Source: a virus (Duplodnaviria > Heunggongvirae > Uroviricota > Caudoviricetes). From it: a stretch of 25,502 bases of DNA. The position numbers and the translations under genes were made by a program. Below, one piece after another: positions 1 to 9,653 of this stretch. Location: the IMG/VR virus record IMGVR_UViG_2734482545_000002; one strand, 5' to 3'. Position 1 is the stretch's first letter, and each line of letters begins with the position of its first letter. The notes under the pieces are model-generated. The model saw only the letters and a program-made list of their open reading frames with translations. It was not told the DNA's origin and ran no database searches.

Positions 1-28
1 AGGGACAGCTGATAGAAACAGAAGCCAC
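1..28 (-). CDS. insA: IS1 InsA, N-terminal fragment (GTG start at 28..26, continues off window)
   Basis: Minus-strand reading from 28: GTG GCT TCT GTT TCT ATC AGC TGT CCC = VASVSISCP, matching the InsA N-terminus as I recall it. Truncated by the window edge, not necessarily in the genome. Confidence 0.6.
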
Positions 29-83
29 TGGAGCACCTCAAAAACACCATCATACACTAAATCAGTAAGTTGGCAGCATCACC
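1..83 (-). mobile_element. IS1: IS1 insertion sequence, terminal 83 bp (left inverted-repeat end); rest of element lies beyond the window's left edge
   Basis: Reverse complement of 1-83 reads GGTGATGCTGCCAACTTACTGATTTAGTGTATGATGGTGTTTTTGAGGTGCTCCAGTGGCTTCTGTTTCTATCAGCTGTCCCT, which I recognise as the IS1 left end including the terminal inverted repeat (window 61-83) and the start of insA. Recognition is from memory. Confidence 0.85.
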
Positions 84-832
84 AGCCTTCTTGAGGCTAC
101 CACCTGTTTTCAGGTGTCATTCAGACGTGATTTGCCCCAGATTGGGAAAGCACGCTTTTTTCTCAGCTATCGTCCTCTTATTTTGCCGTTACATTTCTTT
201 TTGCATTCTAATGATTAATTTACAATAATAATATCGGTAATTATTGAGTAATAATAAATTAATTATTGCAAATGTAATTTAATTCCATCTTCGCGTTATA
301 TTCCAATCTTTAATCTCCGCATGGAACAAGTTGCATGCGTGACTATATTAAGACGACTTATAACCACCAAAACATTTGCTTTGCAAGCAAAAACAGTGAC
401 CATTGACTCTAAGAAAATTCCGATCTATTGTTAGGGTCATCAAAGTTACTTAACAGTATTCCGAAATGAAAATACAAAGCAAGCTAATTGTCTTATTAAA
501 CATTATTATTGCATTTATATTATTTGAGCTTTTAGCTCAAAAATTTGGTTTGAGTACATTATTTTAAAGCAAGATAAACAATATCGGGCACTCTAGTTTT
601 TATAATTAACAATTAAACGTCCATAAAATGTTATTTACTTTTCTTCGCTATTGTCATATCTTAATATAGTGGCTTACGCCACTCTACTTTCATCACATTT
701 TGTACGTTTATGTACTCGCCATGAAGCTCTTTCATGGCGATTTTTTATTCTTAATCCAAGAACATACTCCCTACCTATAGCAAAATCACTTTTTTAACAA
801 AAGAATAACGTATTTAGGTAATCATTACGAAT
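84..832. other. AT-rich non-lambda spacer/accessory segment between the IS1 end and tfa; no ORF of 60 aa or more on either strand
   Basis: Visibly AT-rich (roughly 30% G+C by eye, not computed) against the GC-rich structural genes. Does not match the sequence I recall downstream of lambda tfa. The supplied ORF track has no ORFs here. Confidence 0.6.
717..747 (+). terminator. Rho-independent terminator candidate, plus-strand orientation
   Basis: cgccatgaa (717-725) / ttcatggcg (731-739) form a 9-bp GC-containing stem with loop gctct, followed by a tttttt tract at 741-746. On the minus strand the hairpin is preceded, not followed, by the U tract, so the orientation is plus. Confidence 0.5.
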
Positions 833-1414
833 TTACCCTATAGGTGCTACTGGCCATTCAATATCCGGTGCAGTTGATGTATCAACACGGTTCAGCAACA
901 CCCGATACTTTTTCCAAGCTTCCAGCAACAAGGTTTCTTTCTCCGTTGCGATCTCCAGATCCACAGCATCCTGAAGCGGCGCTATATGCTCACTGGCTAC
1001 CTGCATCAGGCTGTTTTTTGTTTCTTCCGCCTCCCGGATCCGGAACAGTTTTTCTGCTTCCGTATCCTTCACCCAGGCTGTGCCGTTCCACTTCTGAAAC
1101 TCCCCTTCCGGGGATAACCAGGTGACATTTTCCGGTAATGAGCCGAGTTCAGAAATAAATAACGCGTCGCCGGAAGCCACGTCATAAACCGTTTTACCCC
1201 GATGATCTTCAACGAGATGCCACGATGACTCATCACTGTTGAAAACAGCCACGAAACCAGCCGGAATATCTGGCGGTGCAATATCGGTACTGTTTGCAGG
1301 CAGACCTGTATGAGGCGGAATATATGCGTCACCTTCACCAATAAATTCATTAGTTCCGGCCAGCAGGTTATAAATTTTTATGGTCCGTGCTTGTTCACTC
1401 ATTCTGAATGCCAT
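833..1414 (-). CDS. tfa: Tail fiber assembly protein (lambda Tfa homologue), 193 aa
   Basis: [27 protein letters not shown]... is near-identical to lambda Tfa as I recall it, except the last few C-terminal residues. ATG at 1414..1412 overlaps the stf stop (ATAATG arrangement as in lambda). Confidence 0.93.
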   Translation of the reverse strand: MAFRMSEQARTIKIYNLLAGTNEFIGEGDAYIPPHTGLPANSTDIAPPDIPAGFVAVFNSDESSWHLVEDHRGKTVYDVASGDALFISELGSLPENVTWLSPEGEFQKWNGTAWVKDTEAEKLFRIREAEETKNSLMQVASEHIAPLQDAVDLEIATEKETLLLEAWKKYRVLLNRVDTSTAPDIEWPVAPIG

Positions 1415-4400
1415 TATGCGAGCCTCACAATATAGTTAAATGCGATGTTTTTGACGGTGTTTTCCGCGTTACCAGCAGCGTTAACGGTGATGGTGTGTCC
1501 ATGTGAACCAATCGCAACAGAGTGCGTATGAGCACCAATACCGACAGTATGCGCGTGTGCACCCGCAGATGCTGCTGTGCCGGACAGTGAGTGTGTATGG
1601 TTTCCTTCTGAAGATGATTTACCTACCCATTGGGAGGTGCCACTGGTTAATGAGCCACTGATACCAACCTGATTAGTCCCGCTAACTTGAGTACTCCCTG
1701 CCGGAAACATTCCAGTAGGTTGACTCCCGCTATTCGTTCTGGGCCCAGTCTGACTATGTTGGTGGGCCCCAGCTGAACTTGTAGAGCCGCTCAGACTGTG
1801 CGTATGCGCCCCGGTGTTATTCGTGGATTTAGTGCCGTAATCAAACGACGATGTGGTTTTCGTCCCCAAATCCGTACTGGATGCGCTGGCGCTGTGGGTG
1901 TGCGATTTAATGCCATCCTGTTCCTGAGACAATACGGCACGACCACTGGCGGGCTTGCCCTTAATCGTCCAGCCACGCATATCAGGGATCACGCCTGACG
2001 GATAAGCGGCTGCAAGTTTCGGGTAAGCAGATTTGTCAAAAGTCTGCCCCTGCATCAGGGCATAACCAGACGGAACGGTATCTGATGGCCACGGGATTGG
2101 TGCACCGACTGGATAAAACTCTGCAGGAGGATGAGCCGAGGTGTAAAGCTGCGCCCACGGCGACCAGTTTGCGTCGGTCGTATCCCGTCGTGAACGAATA
2201 AATGCCGGAGCATGAGCACCGCTTGTACCACTCCAGCCGATGAGTAACTCACCTTCGCCAACGGCTGTCATCCCTTTCAGGTGAATGATATTTCCATACG
2301 CTGTTGGATATCCGTTGTTATACACCTCGTATAACTCAAGACCTGCTGCCCCCTGCGTATTGTCTGTCAGCGCGGCTACCCGACCTTTTGAAGCCAGATT
2401 AACTGATGATACTGCTGTTCCACCTGACGGTAGCGCCCCGATCTCTGATGCCGTTGGCTTATTTCTGGAGTTATAGTCCCTTCGCCAGCCAGGTGAATAA
2501 TCTGTTCCGTGATTAATATAGGTAAACTGGGCGTTGGTTGTTCCGCCACCGCTGGATGTGGTCGGAGTGGTAATGCGGATCGTCATCGCTGACTTTATCC
2601 CCATTACTTCAATGACAGCTCCGGCGAGATGAATATTACCGCAGCCAGTATCAGTAATGATTTTATTATTGCCATAAGACCAGGAACCCTTGCACATCCA
2701 GTATGGATGGTTAAATGCTCCCTGAGAATCCAGCCACTCGATAAACTGTGCAGTCGTCCAGTTTCCTGTTGTTGTGCTTACTGACCCACCGAAGGCACGG
2801 CAGGCACCAATATTTTTCGTAAAGGTGTCTTTGCCAGGGATATCCGCACCGTTCTGATCTTTCTGCAGACGTTTCTCAGCATTGTCATTGGCTGCTTTTA
2901 CTGCCTTTGGCGTTGCCGCCAGCGTTTCAGACGTGCTGTTGGTCGCGCTGCTTAGCTGGATTATCCCTTTCTGTGCTGTCGTTGCATCCTGTGCGGTGTA
3001 TTTCCCGTTAGCCAGGTCATACGCGGCCTTAACGGCTTTTGGTGTTGCCGCCAGTGACTCGGAAGTGCTGTTAGTCGCACTACTGAGCTGTACTATCCCC
3101 TTTTTCGTCGTGCTCGCATCCTCAAGCGCCACGGCGGATGCAATATCCTCTGCCCGTTTTGCCGCTGTCTCAGCGCGCGTTGCTGCAGATTCCGCCGTAC
3201 TTTTGCTCTGAGCTGCTGCCGTCGCACTACCAGCAGCCTCTGTCGCCTTCGTGGATGCCGTCGTGGCGCTGCCCTTCGCTGCTGACGCCTGTCTGGTCGC
3301 CTCATCTTTTGAAGCAGACGCCGATGATGCCGATGACGCCNNNNNNNNNNNNNNNNNNNNNNNNNNNNNNNNNNNNNNNNNNNNNNNNNNNNNNNNNNNN
3401 NNNNNNNNNNNNNNNNNNNNNNNNNNNNNNNNNNNNNNNNNNNNNNNNNNNNNNNNNNNNNNNNNNNNNNNNNNNNNNNNNNNNNNNNNNNNNNNNNNNN
3501 NNNNNNNNNNNNNNNNNNNNNNNNNNNNNNNNNNNNNNNNNNNNNNNNNNNNNNNNNNNNNNNNNNNNNNNNNNNNNNNNNNNNNNNNNNCTGTTTTTGA
3601 GCCTGCCGCAGCTGAGGCACTCTGTCCCGCTGCCGTTTCAGAAGACCTGGCGTTCGTCTCGGACGTTTTGGCCGCCTTCGCAGAATTTGCAGCCGCCGTC
3701 GCCGAGGAAGCTGCGCTACTGGCGCTTGATGATGCGTTCGTTTCTGATGATTTTGCCGCCTCTTTTGAAGCCGACGCATCCCGGGCTGAGGTGGCAGCTT
3801 CTGACGCTTTCGTGGTCGCGGTGGATGCAGAAGTGGCTGCTGATTGTTGTGACGCTGCCGCATTCGTTTCTAACGTTTTCGCCGCACCGGCACTGGTAGC
3901 CGCCGCGCTTTTTGAGGACTCTGCAGCGGCAGCACTTTTTGAGGCTTCAGTGGCCTTTGTTGATGCCGTTCCTGCGCTGGAAGACGCTGACTGAGCCGAC
4001 GAAGCGGCCTGTCCGGCTGACGTGCTGGCTGCACGTGCTGAATCTGCAGCATCAGTCGCATGGGTTGCCGCCTCACGGGCTGATGTGCTGGCATCGCTGG
4101 CTGATTTCTTCGCGGCTGCCGTGTTCTGTGCCACCGCGGACGCGTTACGCGCCACCTCTTCCACCATCAGCTCAAAACGGCGCAGTGCCTCCGGACGGGC
4201 ATCATCCTCCGTCATGGCACCGAGAAAATCATTCAGCGTACCGGGTCGGGAATCTTCATACACGGTGATGGTCCCGGCATGTGACGGCGGGAATCCTTCC
4301 ACCAACAGAATAACGCTGTACTGACCGTACTCAACGTCCATGCTGTAACGCCCGGCTTCATCCGGATTTTCTGAGGCCAGCGTGTTCACCACCACCGTGG

Positions 4401-4491
4401 TGCTGTTACGTTTTGCTTTCAGCTGGATTGTGCAGTTCTGTACCGGTTTTCCTGTGCCGTCTTTCAGTACACCTGAAATCTTTACTGCCAT
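1414..4491 (-). CDS. stf: Side tail fiber protein (lambda Stf family), about 1025 aa including a 250-nt N run; enlarged relative to lambda Stf
   Basis: N-terminus [26 protein letters not shown] and C-terminus ...[29 protein letters not shown] match lambda Stf. Ala/Ser/Thr-rich low-complexity stalk and His-box motifs ([21 protein letters not shown]) are present. Start taken at ATG 4491..4489 (MAVK) rather than the upstream GTG at 4497 used by the track. Confidence 0.9.
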   Translation of the reverse strand: MAVKISGVLKDGTGKPVQNCTIQLKAKRNSTTVVVNTLASENPDEAGRYSMDVEYGQYSVILLVEGFPPSHAGTITVYEDSRPGTLNDFLGAMTEDDARPEALRRFELMVEEVARNASAVAQNTAAAKKSASDASTSAREAATHATDAADSARAASTSAGQAASSAQSASSSAGTASTKATEASKSAAAAESSKSAAATSAGAAKTLETNAAASQQSAATSASTATTKASEAATSARDASASKEAAKSSETNASSSASSAASSATAAANSAKAAKTSETNARSSETAAGQSASAAAGSKTXXXXXXXXXXXXXXXXXXXXXXXXXXXXXXXXXXXXXXXXXXXXXXXXXXXXXXXXXXXXXXXXXXXXXXXXXXXXXXXXXXXXASSASSASASKDEATRQASAAKGSATTASTKATEAAGSATAAAQSKSTAESAATRAETAAKRAEDIASAVALEDASTTKKGIVQLSSATNSTSESLAATPKAVKAAYDLANGKYTAQDATTAQKGIIQLSSATNSTSETLAATPKAVKAANDNAEKRLQKDQNGADIPGKDTFTKNIGACRAFGGSVSTTTGNWTTAQFIEWLDSQGAFNHPYWMCKGSWSYGNNKIITDTGCGNIHLAGAVIEVMGIKSAMTIRITTPTTSSGGGTTNAQFTYINHGTDYSPGWRRDYNSRNKPTASEIGALPSGGTAVSSVNLASKGRVAALTDNTQGAAGLELYEVYNNGYPTAYGNIIHLKGMTAVGEGELLIGWSGTSGAHAPAFIRSRRDTTDANWSPWAQLYTSAHPPAEFYPVGAPIPWPSDTVPSGYALMQGQTFDKSAYPKLAAAYPSGVIPDMRGWTIKGKPASGRAVLSQEQDGIKSHTHSASASSTDLGTKTTSSFDYGTKSTNNTGAHTHSLSGSTSSAGAHQHSQTGPRTNSGSQPTGMFPAGSTQVSGTNQVGISGSLTSGTSQWVGKSSSEGNHTHSLSGTAASAGAHAHTVGIGAHTHSVAIGSHGHTITVNAAGNAENTVKNIAFNYIVRLA
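2885..3115 (-). repeat. Imperfect direct repeat of ~75 bp inside stf, encoding two copies of the ~25-aa motif GI(V/I)[11 protein letters not shown](S/T)[11 protein letters not shown]
   Basis: Two similar nucleotide blocks (around 2893-2970 and 3040-3110) are visible; the protein shows the motif twice about 45 residues apart. Consistent with the known phage tail-fibre repeat motif. Confidence 0.7.
3341..3590. other. Run of 250 N inside stf (assembly gap or masked sequence)
   Basis: Literal n characters. The stf reading frame is maintained across the run as given. Confidence 0.99.
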
Positions 4492-4500
4492 ATTCACCCC

Positions 4501-4529
4501 ACAAAAAAGCCCGCCTGAACCGGCGGGCT
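4501..4529 (-). terminator. Rho-independent terminator downstream of lom (minus strand)
   Basis: Minus-strand read: agcccgccg gttca ggcgggct hairpin followed by tttttt (complement of the A-run at 4503-4508). Same position as the terminator-like hairpin in lambda between lom and stf. Confidence 0.7.
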
Positions 4530-4556
4530 GTCATAACACTGTGTTACCTGGCTAAT

Positions 4557-5364
4557 CAGAATTTATAACCGACACCCACGATGAAACCGTCAGTGCGCCA
4601 GAGACGTGTTGCTGTGGCGACCGTCATCACTTCNNNNNNNNNNNNNNNNNNNNNNNNNNNNNNNNNNNNNNNNNNNNNNNNNNNNNNNNNNNNNNNNNNN
4701 NNNNNNNNNNNNNNNNNNNNNNNNNNNNNNNNNNNNNNNNNNNNNNNNNNNNNNNNNNNNNNNNNNNNNNNNNNNNNNNNNNNNNNNNNNNNNNNNNNNN
4801 NNNNNNNNNNNNNNNNNNNNNNGAGCCTTCATAAGCAATATCAATGGCCACGGATTCGGTCGGGTTAAACTGCACGCCAGCTCCCCACGCCAGAGACGTG
4901 TTGCTGTGGCGACCGTCATCACTTCCGGTCAGCACGTCGTGCGTTTTCCCCTTGTTGTCAGTTACGCGGAGATAATCCCCGGAGAAAGTCGACACACGGC
5001 TGTAAGCCACACCCGCCATCGCATACGCGCTGAACCATTCATTCACGCGCACAGACGGCCCCGCCATCACGCTGAACCAGCGGTTACGCACGGAATCTTC
5101 ATGCCAGCGGGTATCGCTGTAACGGGTCAGCTGGCGATTCTTGTCTCCTGCATAGCTGAATGACGTCACCAGCCCCAGCGTATCCGTAAACTCATAACGG
5201 TATTTCACGTTAATCCCGTTCAGATCATCACTGCCGGGAACGTTGGTCCGGGCATGAAGATACCCCGCGCTCAGCGTGGACTGATGTTCAGACGCCCATG
5301 CAGGCGCACCGGATACGGCCAGGCAAATGGCTGCGGACAAAATGGCTGCACAAACTTTACGCAT
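4557..5364 (-). CDS. lom: Outer-membrane protein Lom (Ail/Lom family beta-barrel), interrupted by a 189-nt N run
   Basis: N-terminus MRKVCAAILSAAICLAVSGAPAWASEHQSTLSAGYLHARTN... and C-terminal TDGFIVGVGYKF-stop (4592..4557) match lambda Lom. The span is ~187 nt longer than lambda lom, about the size of the N run. Confidence 0.9.
4634..4822. other. Run of 189 N inside lom, flanked by a duplicated ~38-bp block
   Basis: cgccagagacgtgttgctgtggcgaccgtcatcacttc occurs at 4596-4633 (immediately left of the N run) and again at 4887-4924. Confidence 0.95.
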
Positions 5365-5386
5365 AATTACCTCTCGCTTTTCTGCA

Positions 5387-5413
5387 ATAAAAAAGGCGTC
5401 ATTCCTGACGCCA
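5387..5413 (-). terminator. Rho-independent terminator downstream of J (minus strand), upstream of lom
   Basis: Minus-strand read: ggcgtcagg aat gacgcc hairpin followed by ttttttatt (complement of aataaaaaa at 5387-5395). Confidence 0.65.
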
Positions 5414-5434
5414 TTTATTGGGGTTATAAATATT

Positions 5435-8400
5435 TCAACGAATACTGATGCCGGAAGCCGCTTTTTTGGTCACAATCACCGTACAGTCGGTGATATTGCC
5501 TGCCCCCTGATTGCCTTTCTGGAAAATCTTAAACTCCAGAGTGACGCTACCACCACCACTAGGCATATCAATAACTGCACTGTAACTACCGGGAATGGCC
5601 CCTTTAGTTTCTCTGGATGCGATTAATACGCCGTTTTTGCGAACTTCAAAACCATAACCCGTGTATCGCGTGCCTCCTGGGTTATTTCCGCTCCCCGGAT
5701 CGTCATACGCTATACCGTTAAAAATAATGGGCGGAATAATAATCTGGCGGTCAAAGTTATGATCATCGCTTATGGTGACTGTAACCGTCCCGTTTGGTGT
5801 TTCCGTGTTACCCCACGTACCAGCCTGTTTCGGAAATGATTTGGATACAGCTTTAACGAAGTCACCTCTGACCTGAGTCGCCTCCAGCATGCCCTTAATC
5901 GTACAGTTTTCATTTACCGTGACATTGTTGAGCGTCCCGGCGTTCGCATTCACACTGCCACTGATATCCGCATTTTTAGCGGTCAGCTTTCCGTCCGGAG
6001 TCAGGGAAAATGCCGATGGATTTCCACCGCTGGTAATGGTGGGGGCCGTCAGGCGTTTCAGGAACACGTCGTTCATGAATATCTGATCGCCCTGACCAAC
6101 AAACATCGGTTTTGTGTTGCCATTCGCAGGATTAACCATCGCAATCCTGTCCGCCGCCAGCAGCACCTGACTCTGCATGCCGTCAGGGGTGTTCTCAATA
6201 CCGGCACCAATACCCGCGATATAAAGGCGTCCGTCCTGCATCTGCTGCAGCTTCACAGCCCACATGCTGTTCAGGTTATTATTTGTATCAACCTGAACCT
6301 TCTGTATCTGCTGAATTGCCGCACTCTGGTCTTCCAGTTTCTTATTGACGGTCTGCGTGATTTCATTGCTGACATCCGTAATGGACGTCCTGATTTCAGC
6401 CAGGTCAGGCGCAAGCTGACCGTTATCAATCTGCGTCCACAGCTCCTGAGCCAGATGGGTTTTCCCTATCTCGCCTTTGAAAAAATCCAGATAACCGGAT
6501 GCATCATCACTCGGCTGACCAACAGCCTCCACGAATGCCGATTTGCCAACGGTGTTCACACTGCGGATATAAAAGTAATAATCATGGCCCGGTTTGATAT
6601 TGATACTGGCGGCTATCCAGTACAGCGCCGTGCCAAGATAGCGTGCTGTGGTTTCAACCTGCCTGATATCCGCAATCCGCTTTTCCGAGAACCAGAACTC
6701 AAACTGTACCGTCGGATCATAAACCGCAAGATGCGGCGTGGCGGTTATCTGAAAATAGCCCGGCGTCAGCTCAATCCGCGACAGCGCTGCCGGTGCGGCA
6801 ATCCGGAACGATACCGACGCCGGATCGCCCTGCTGCCCCCACGCATTTACTGCCCGGACTGTCAGCCTGTAGTTCCCCAGCGCCAGTTGTGTGAAGCGGT
6901 AAGTGGTTTCCGTCGTCCGGGCCGTGCTGACCAGNNNNNNNNNNNNNNNNNNNNNNNNNNNNNNNNNNNNNNNNNNNNNNNNNNNNNNNNNNNNNNNNNN
7001 NNNNNNNNNNNNNNNNNNNNNNNNNNNNNNNNNNNNNNNNNNNNNNNNNNNNNNNNNNNNNNNNNNNNNNNNNNNNNNNNNNNNNNNNNNNNNNNNNNNN
7101 NNNNNNNNNNNNNNNNNNNNNNNNNNNNNNNNNNNNNNNNNNNNNNNNNNNNNNNNNNNNNNNNNNNNNNNNNNNNNNNNNNNNNNNNNNNNNNNNNNNN
7201 NNNNNNNNNNNNNNNNNNNNNNNNNNNNNNNNNNNNNNNNNNNNNNNNNNNNNNNNNNNNNNNNNACCGTCAGGAACACGGCTCACTTTTACCTTCACGC
7301 CGTCGGTGACGGACTGGACCTCCACGCTGACCGGATTCCCCTGCCCGTCAACCAGGCTTATCAGCGTGGTGCCGGAGGATGGCAGCGTGATTTCACGGTC
7401 GAGCGTCAGCGTCCGGGTCTGGCTGTTCACCGCCAGCACGCGCCCGCCGGTGCGGATACCGGCATAGTCATCATCGCAGATTTCAATGACATCGCCCGGT
7501 ACATGACGAAGCCCTTCAGCACCCACGCTGAAATCCACGGTCTGCGTCTCCAGCAGTTCCGTTTTAATCAGCCACAGCCCGGCGCGGTGTGCCTGCCCCC
7601 GGCTGGTACAGCCAAAGGCATCCATCTTCGTGACGTTACGACCGTAACGGACAATGGCCTGCGTATCCTCCACAAGCTCTGTCGCCGTCTCCCAGCCGTT
7701 ATCCGGGTCAATCCAGTTCACCTCAACGGCATTATGGCGGTCTTTCAGGGCGCTGAAACTGTAGCGGAACGGCGCGCCATCATCCGGCATCACCACATTA
7801 CTGCGGTTATAGGCCCACACCTTATCCGACTGTCGGTCCTGCACGAACGTCAGCGTCTGCCCGTTCCATACCGGCATACAGCGCATCGCCGAGCAGAAAT
7901 CACTGAGCACATCCCACGCCTTGCGCTGTGTGGTCAGCCAGGCATTACAGGTGATGCGCGGCTCCGTGCTGCCAAAGCCGTCCGGCACCGACTGGTCACA
8001 GTACTGGCCGATGACATACAGCGCCCATTTATCCACATCTGCCGCACCAAGACGTTTCCCCATGCCATAGCGCGGATGGGTCAGCATATCCCACAGACAC
8101 CAGGCCATGTTGTTGCTGTATGCCGGTTTTAACGTTCCGTCCCAGATACCGCTGTATTGCCGCGTCTGCGGATTATAGTTCGACGGCACCTGCAGAATGC
8201 GCCCGCGAAGATGATAATTACGGCTCACCTGCTGGCTGCCGAACTGCTCCGAATCCACCTGTACGCCGACCAGTGCCGTGTTCGGGTAGCACTGTTTCAC
8301 ATCGATGATTTCGGTGTATGACGACCAGAGCGTTTTGTTCTGCAGCTGGTCTGTGGTGCTGTCCGGCGTCATTCTGCGCATCCGGATATTAAACGGGCGC

Positions 8401-8921
8401 GGCGGCAGGTTATCCACCACCACCGAGGCCAGATACTGCGAGGTGGTTTTGCCCTTAATGGTGATGTCTTTTTCCGTCACCCAGCCACCGTTACGCTGTA
8501 TCTGAACCAGCAGGCGGACTTCCGACGGATTCCTGTCTCCCTTTGAGGTGGTTTCCACCAGTGCCTGTACACCGAAGGTAAAGCGCAGACGGTCGATGTT
8601 TGCCGACGTGATGGTCCGGGTGATCGGCGTGTCATATTTCACTTCCGTACCCAGCACCGTCTCGGAGCCGGAGGATTCAAACCCCTCCGGCGGTGACTGC
8701 TCCTGCTCACCTGCCCGGAACACCACCGTGACGCCGGAGATGTTGGTATTCCCCTCATTGTCCAGCACCGGCGTACTGTTCAGCAGCACGCTTTTTAATC
8801 CATCCACCGGACCTTCAACCGGCCCTTCACTGATGGCATCGATCACACTCAGCAGCTGCGTGGACTTCAGGTTGTCCTTCGCTTCGCGCGGGGTATGCCC
8901 CTTACTGCTGCCTTTACCCAT
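5435..8921 (-). CDS. J: Tail tip / host specificity protein J (central tail fiber), about 1130-1160 aa; split into two track ORFs by a 331-nt N run
   Basis: N-terminus [45 protein letters not shown] matches lambda J. Track ORFs 6771..8921 and 5435..7279 are the N- and C-terminal parts in different frames across the N run. The C-terminal ~150 aa diverges from lambda J. Confidence 0.9.
6935..7265. other. Run of 331 N inside J
   Basis: Literal n characters. The J frame changes by +1 across the run, so the stated gap length cannot be exact. Confidence 0.99.
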
Positions 8922-8981
8922 TCGTCATGCTCCATAAACGATAAAACCGCCCGGAGGCGATTTCACATAAAACATTTTGCA

Positions 8982-9653
8982 TCAGCGACCAATCACCACA
9001 ACCTGACCACCGTCCCCTTCGTCTGCCGTGCTGATCTCCTGAGATACCACACGTGACCCCACGCGCATTTCACCATACAGAACAGGCATAACATTGCCCT
9101 GGGCAACCATGTTATCCAGTGAGGAGAAATAGGTGTTCTGCTTACCGTTATCCGTTGTCTGTGTGCGGGGAGTTCTGGCTTTCGGTGCCAGCATCTGAGC
9201 CACACCGCCGAGCACCATACTGGCACCGAGAGAAAACAGAATGCCGGTCATACCACCGGCACCAATGGCAGCCCCCCATGCTGCAAGGGTGGCTCCGGCG
9301 GTAAAGAATGATCCGGCAATGGCGGCTGCTCCCAGGACAATCTGGAATACACCACCTGACTTGGCCCCGGCGACTCTGGGAACAATATGAATCACAGCGC
9401 CGTCAGGCAGAGCCTCATGTAACTGTGCCGTTAATCCGGACGTGCTAACATCCTGCCCGGCAATACGCACCTGATACCAGCCGTCGCTCAGCTTCTGACG
9501 AAACGCAGGGAGCTGTGTGGCCATCGCCCGGATGGCTTCGGCACCCGTTTTCACACGAAGGTCGATGCGGCGGCCAAATCGTTGCAAATCCCCGTAAAGG
9601 CAGATGCGTGCCATGCCCGGTGACGCCAGAGGGAGTGTGTGCGTCGCTGCCAT
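8982..9653 (-). CDS. I: Tail assembly protein I, 223 aa
   Basis: Same length as lambda gpI, with the Gly/Ala-rich hydrophobic C-terminal half. Overlaps K by ~100 nt as in lambda. Confidence 0.88.
   Translation of the reverse strand: MAATHTLPLASPGMARICLYGDLQRFGRRIDLRVKTGAEAIRAMATQLPAFRQKLSDGWYQVRIAGQDVSTSGLTAQLHEALPDGAVIHIVPRVAGAKSGGVFQIVLGAAAIAGSFFTAGATLAAWGAAIGAGGMTGILFSLGASMVLGGVAQMLAPKARTPRTQTTDNGKQNTYFSSLDNMVAQGNVMPVLYGEMRVGSRVVSQEISTADEGDGGQVVVIGR

Noticed and set aside
84-231. Two frames open from the IS1 junction for ~47-49 codons, as if the C-terminal end of a gene were cut by IS1
   Set aside because: The translations are unrecognisable and short, and open frames of this length occur by chance. 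Kept only as a possibility inside the AT-rich-island finding, not annotated as a pseudogene.
2885-3115. Possible CRISPR-like repeat array in the repeated blocks inside stf
   Set aside because: Only two imperfect copies of a ~75-bp block, both in frame within a protein-coding gene and encoding a known tail-fibre peptide repeat. No short regular repeat-spacer periodicity.
3093-3994. Track ORFs 3093..3863 (-), 3138..3899 (+), 3251..3994 (+) spanning the stf N run
   Set aside because: They exist only because N codons are translated as X and cannot terminate. They overlap stf in alternative frames with repetitive Arg/Pro or Ala-rich translations.
6903-8132. 409-aa plus-strand ORF antisense to J (also 6455..7309 +)
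   Set aside because: Lies entirely inside the well-supported J gene on the opposite strand, partly runs through the N run, and has no start context. Long antisense ORFs are expected by chance in GC-rich coding DNA.
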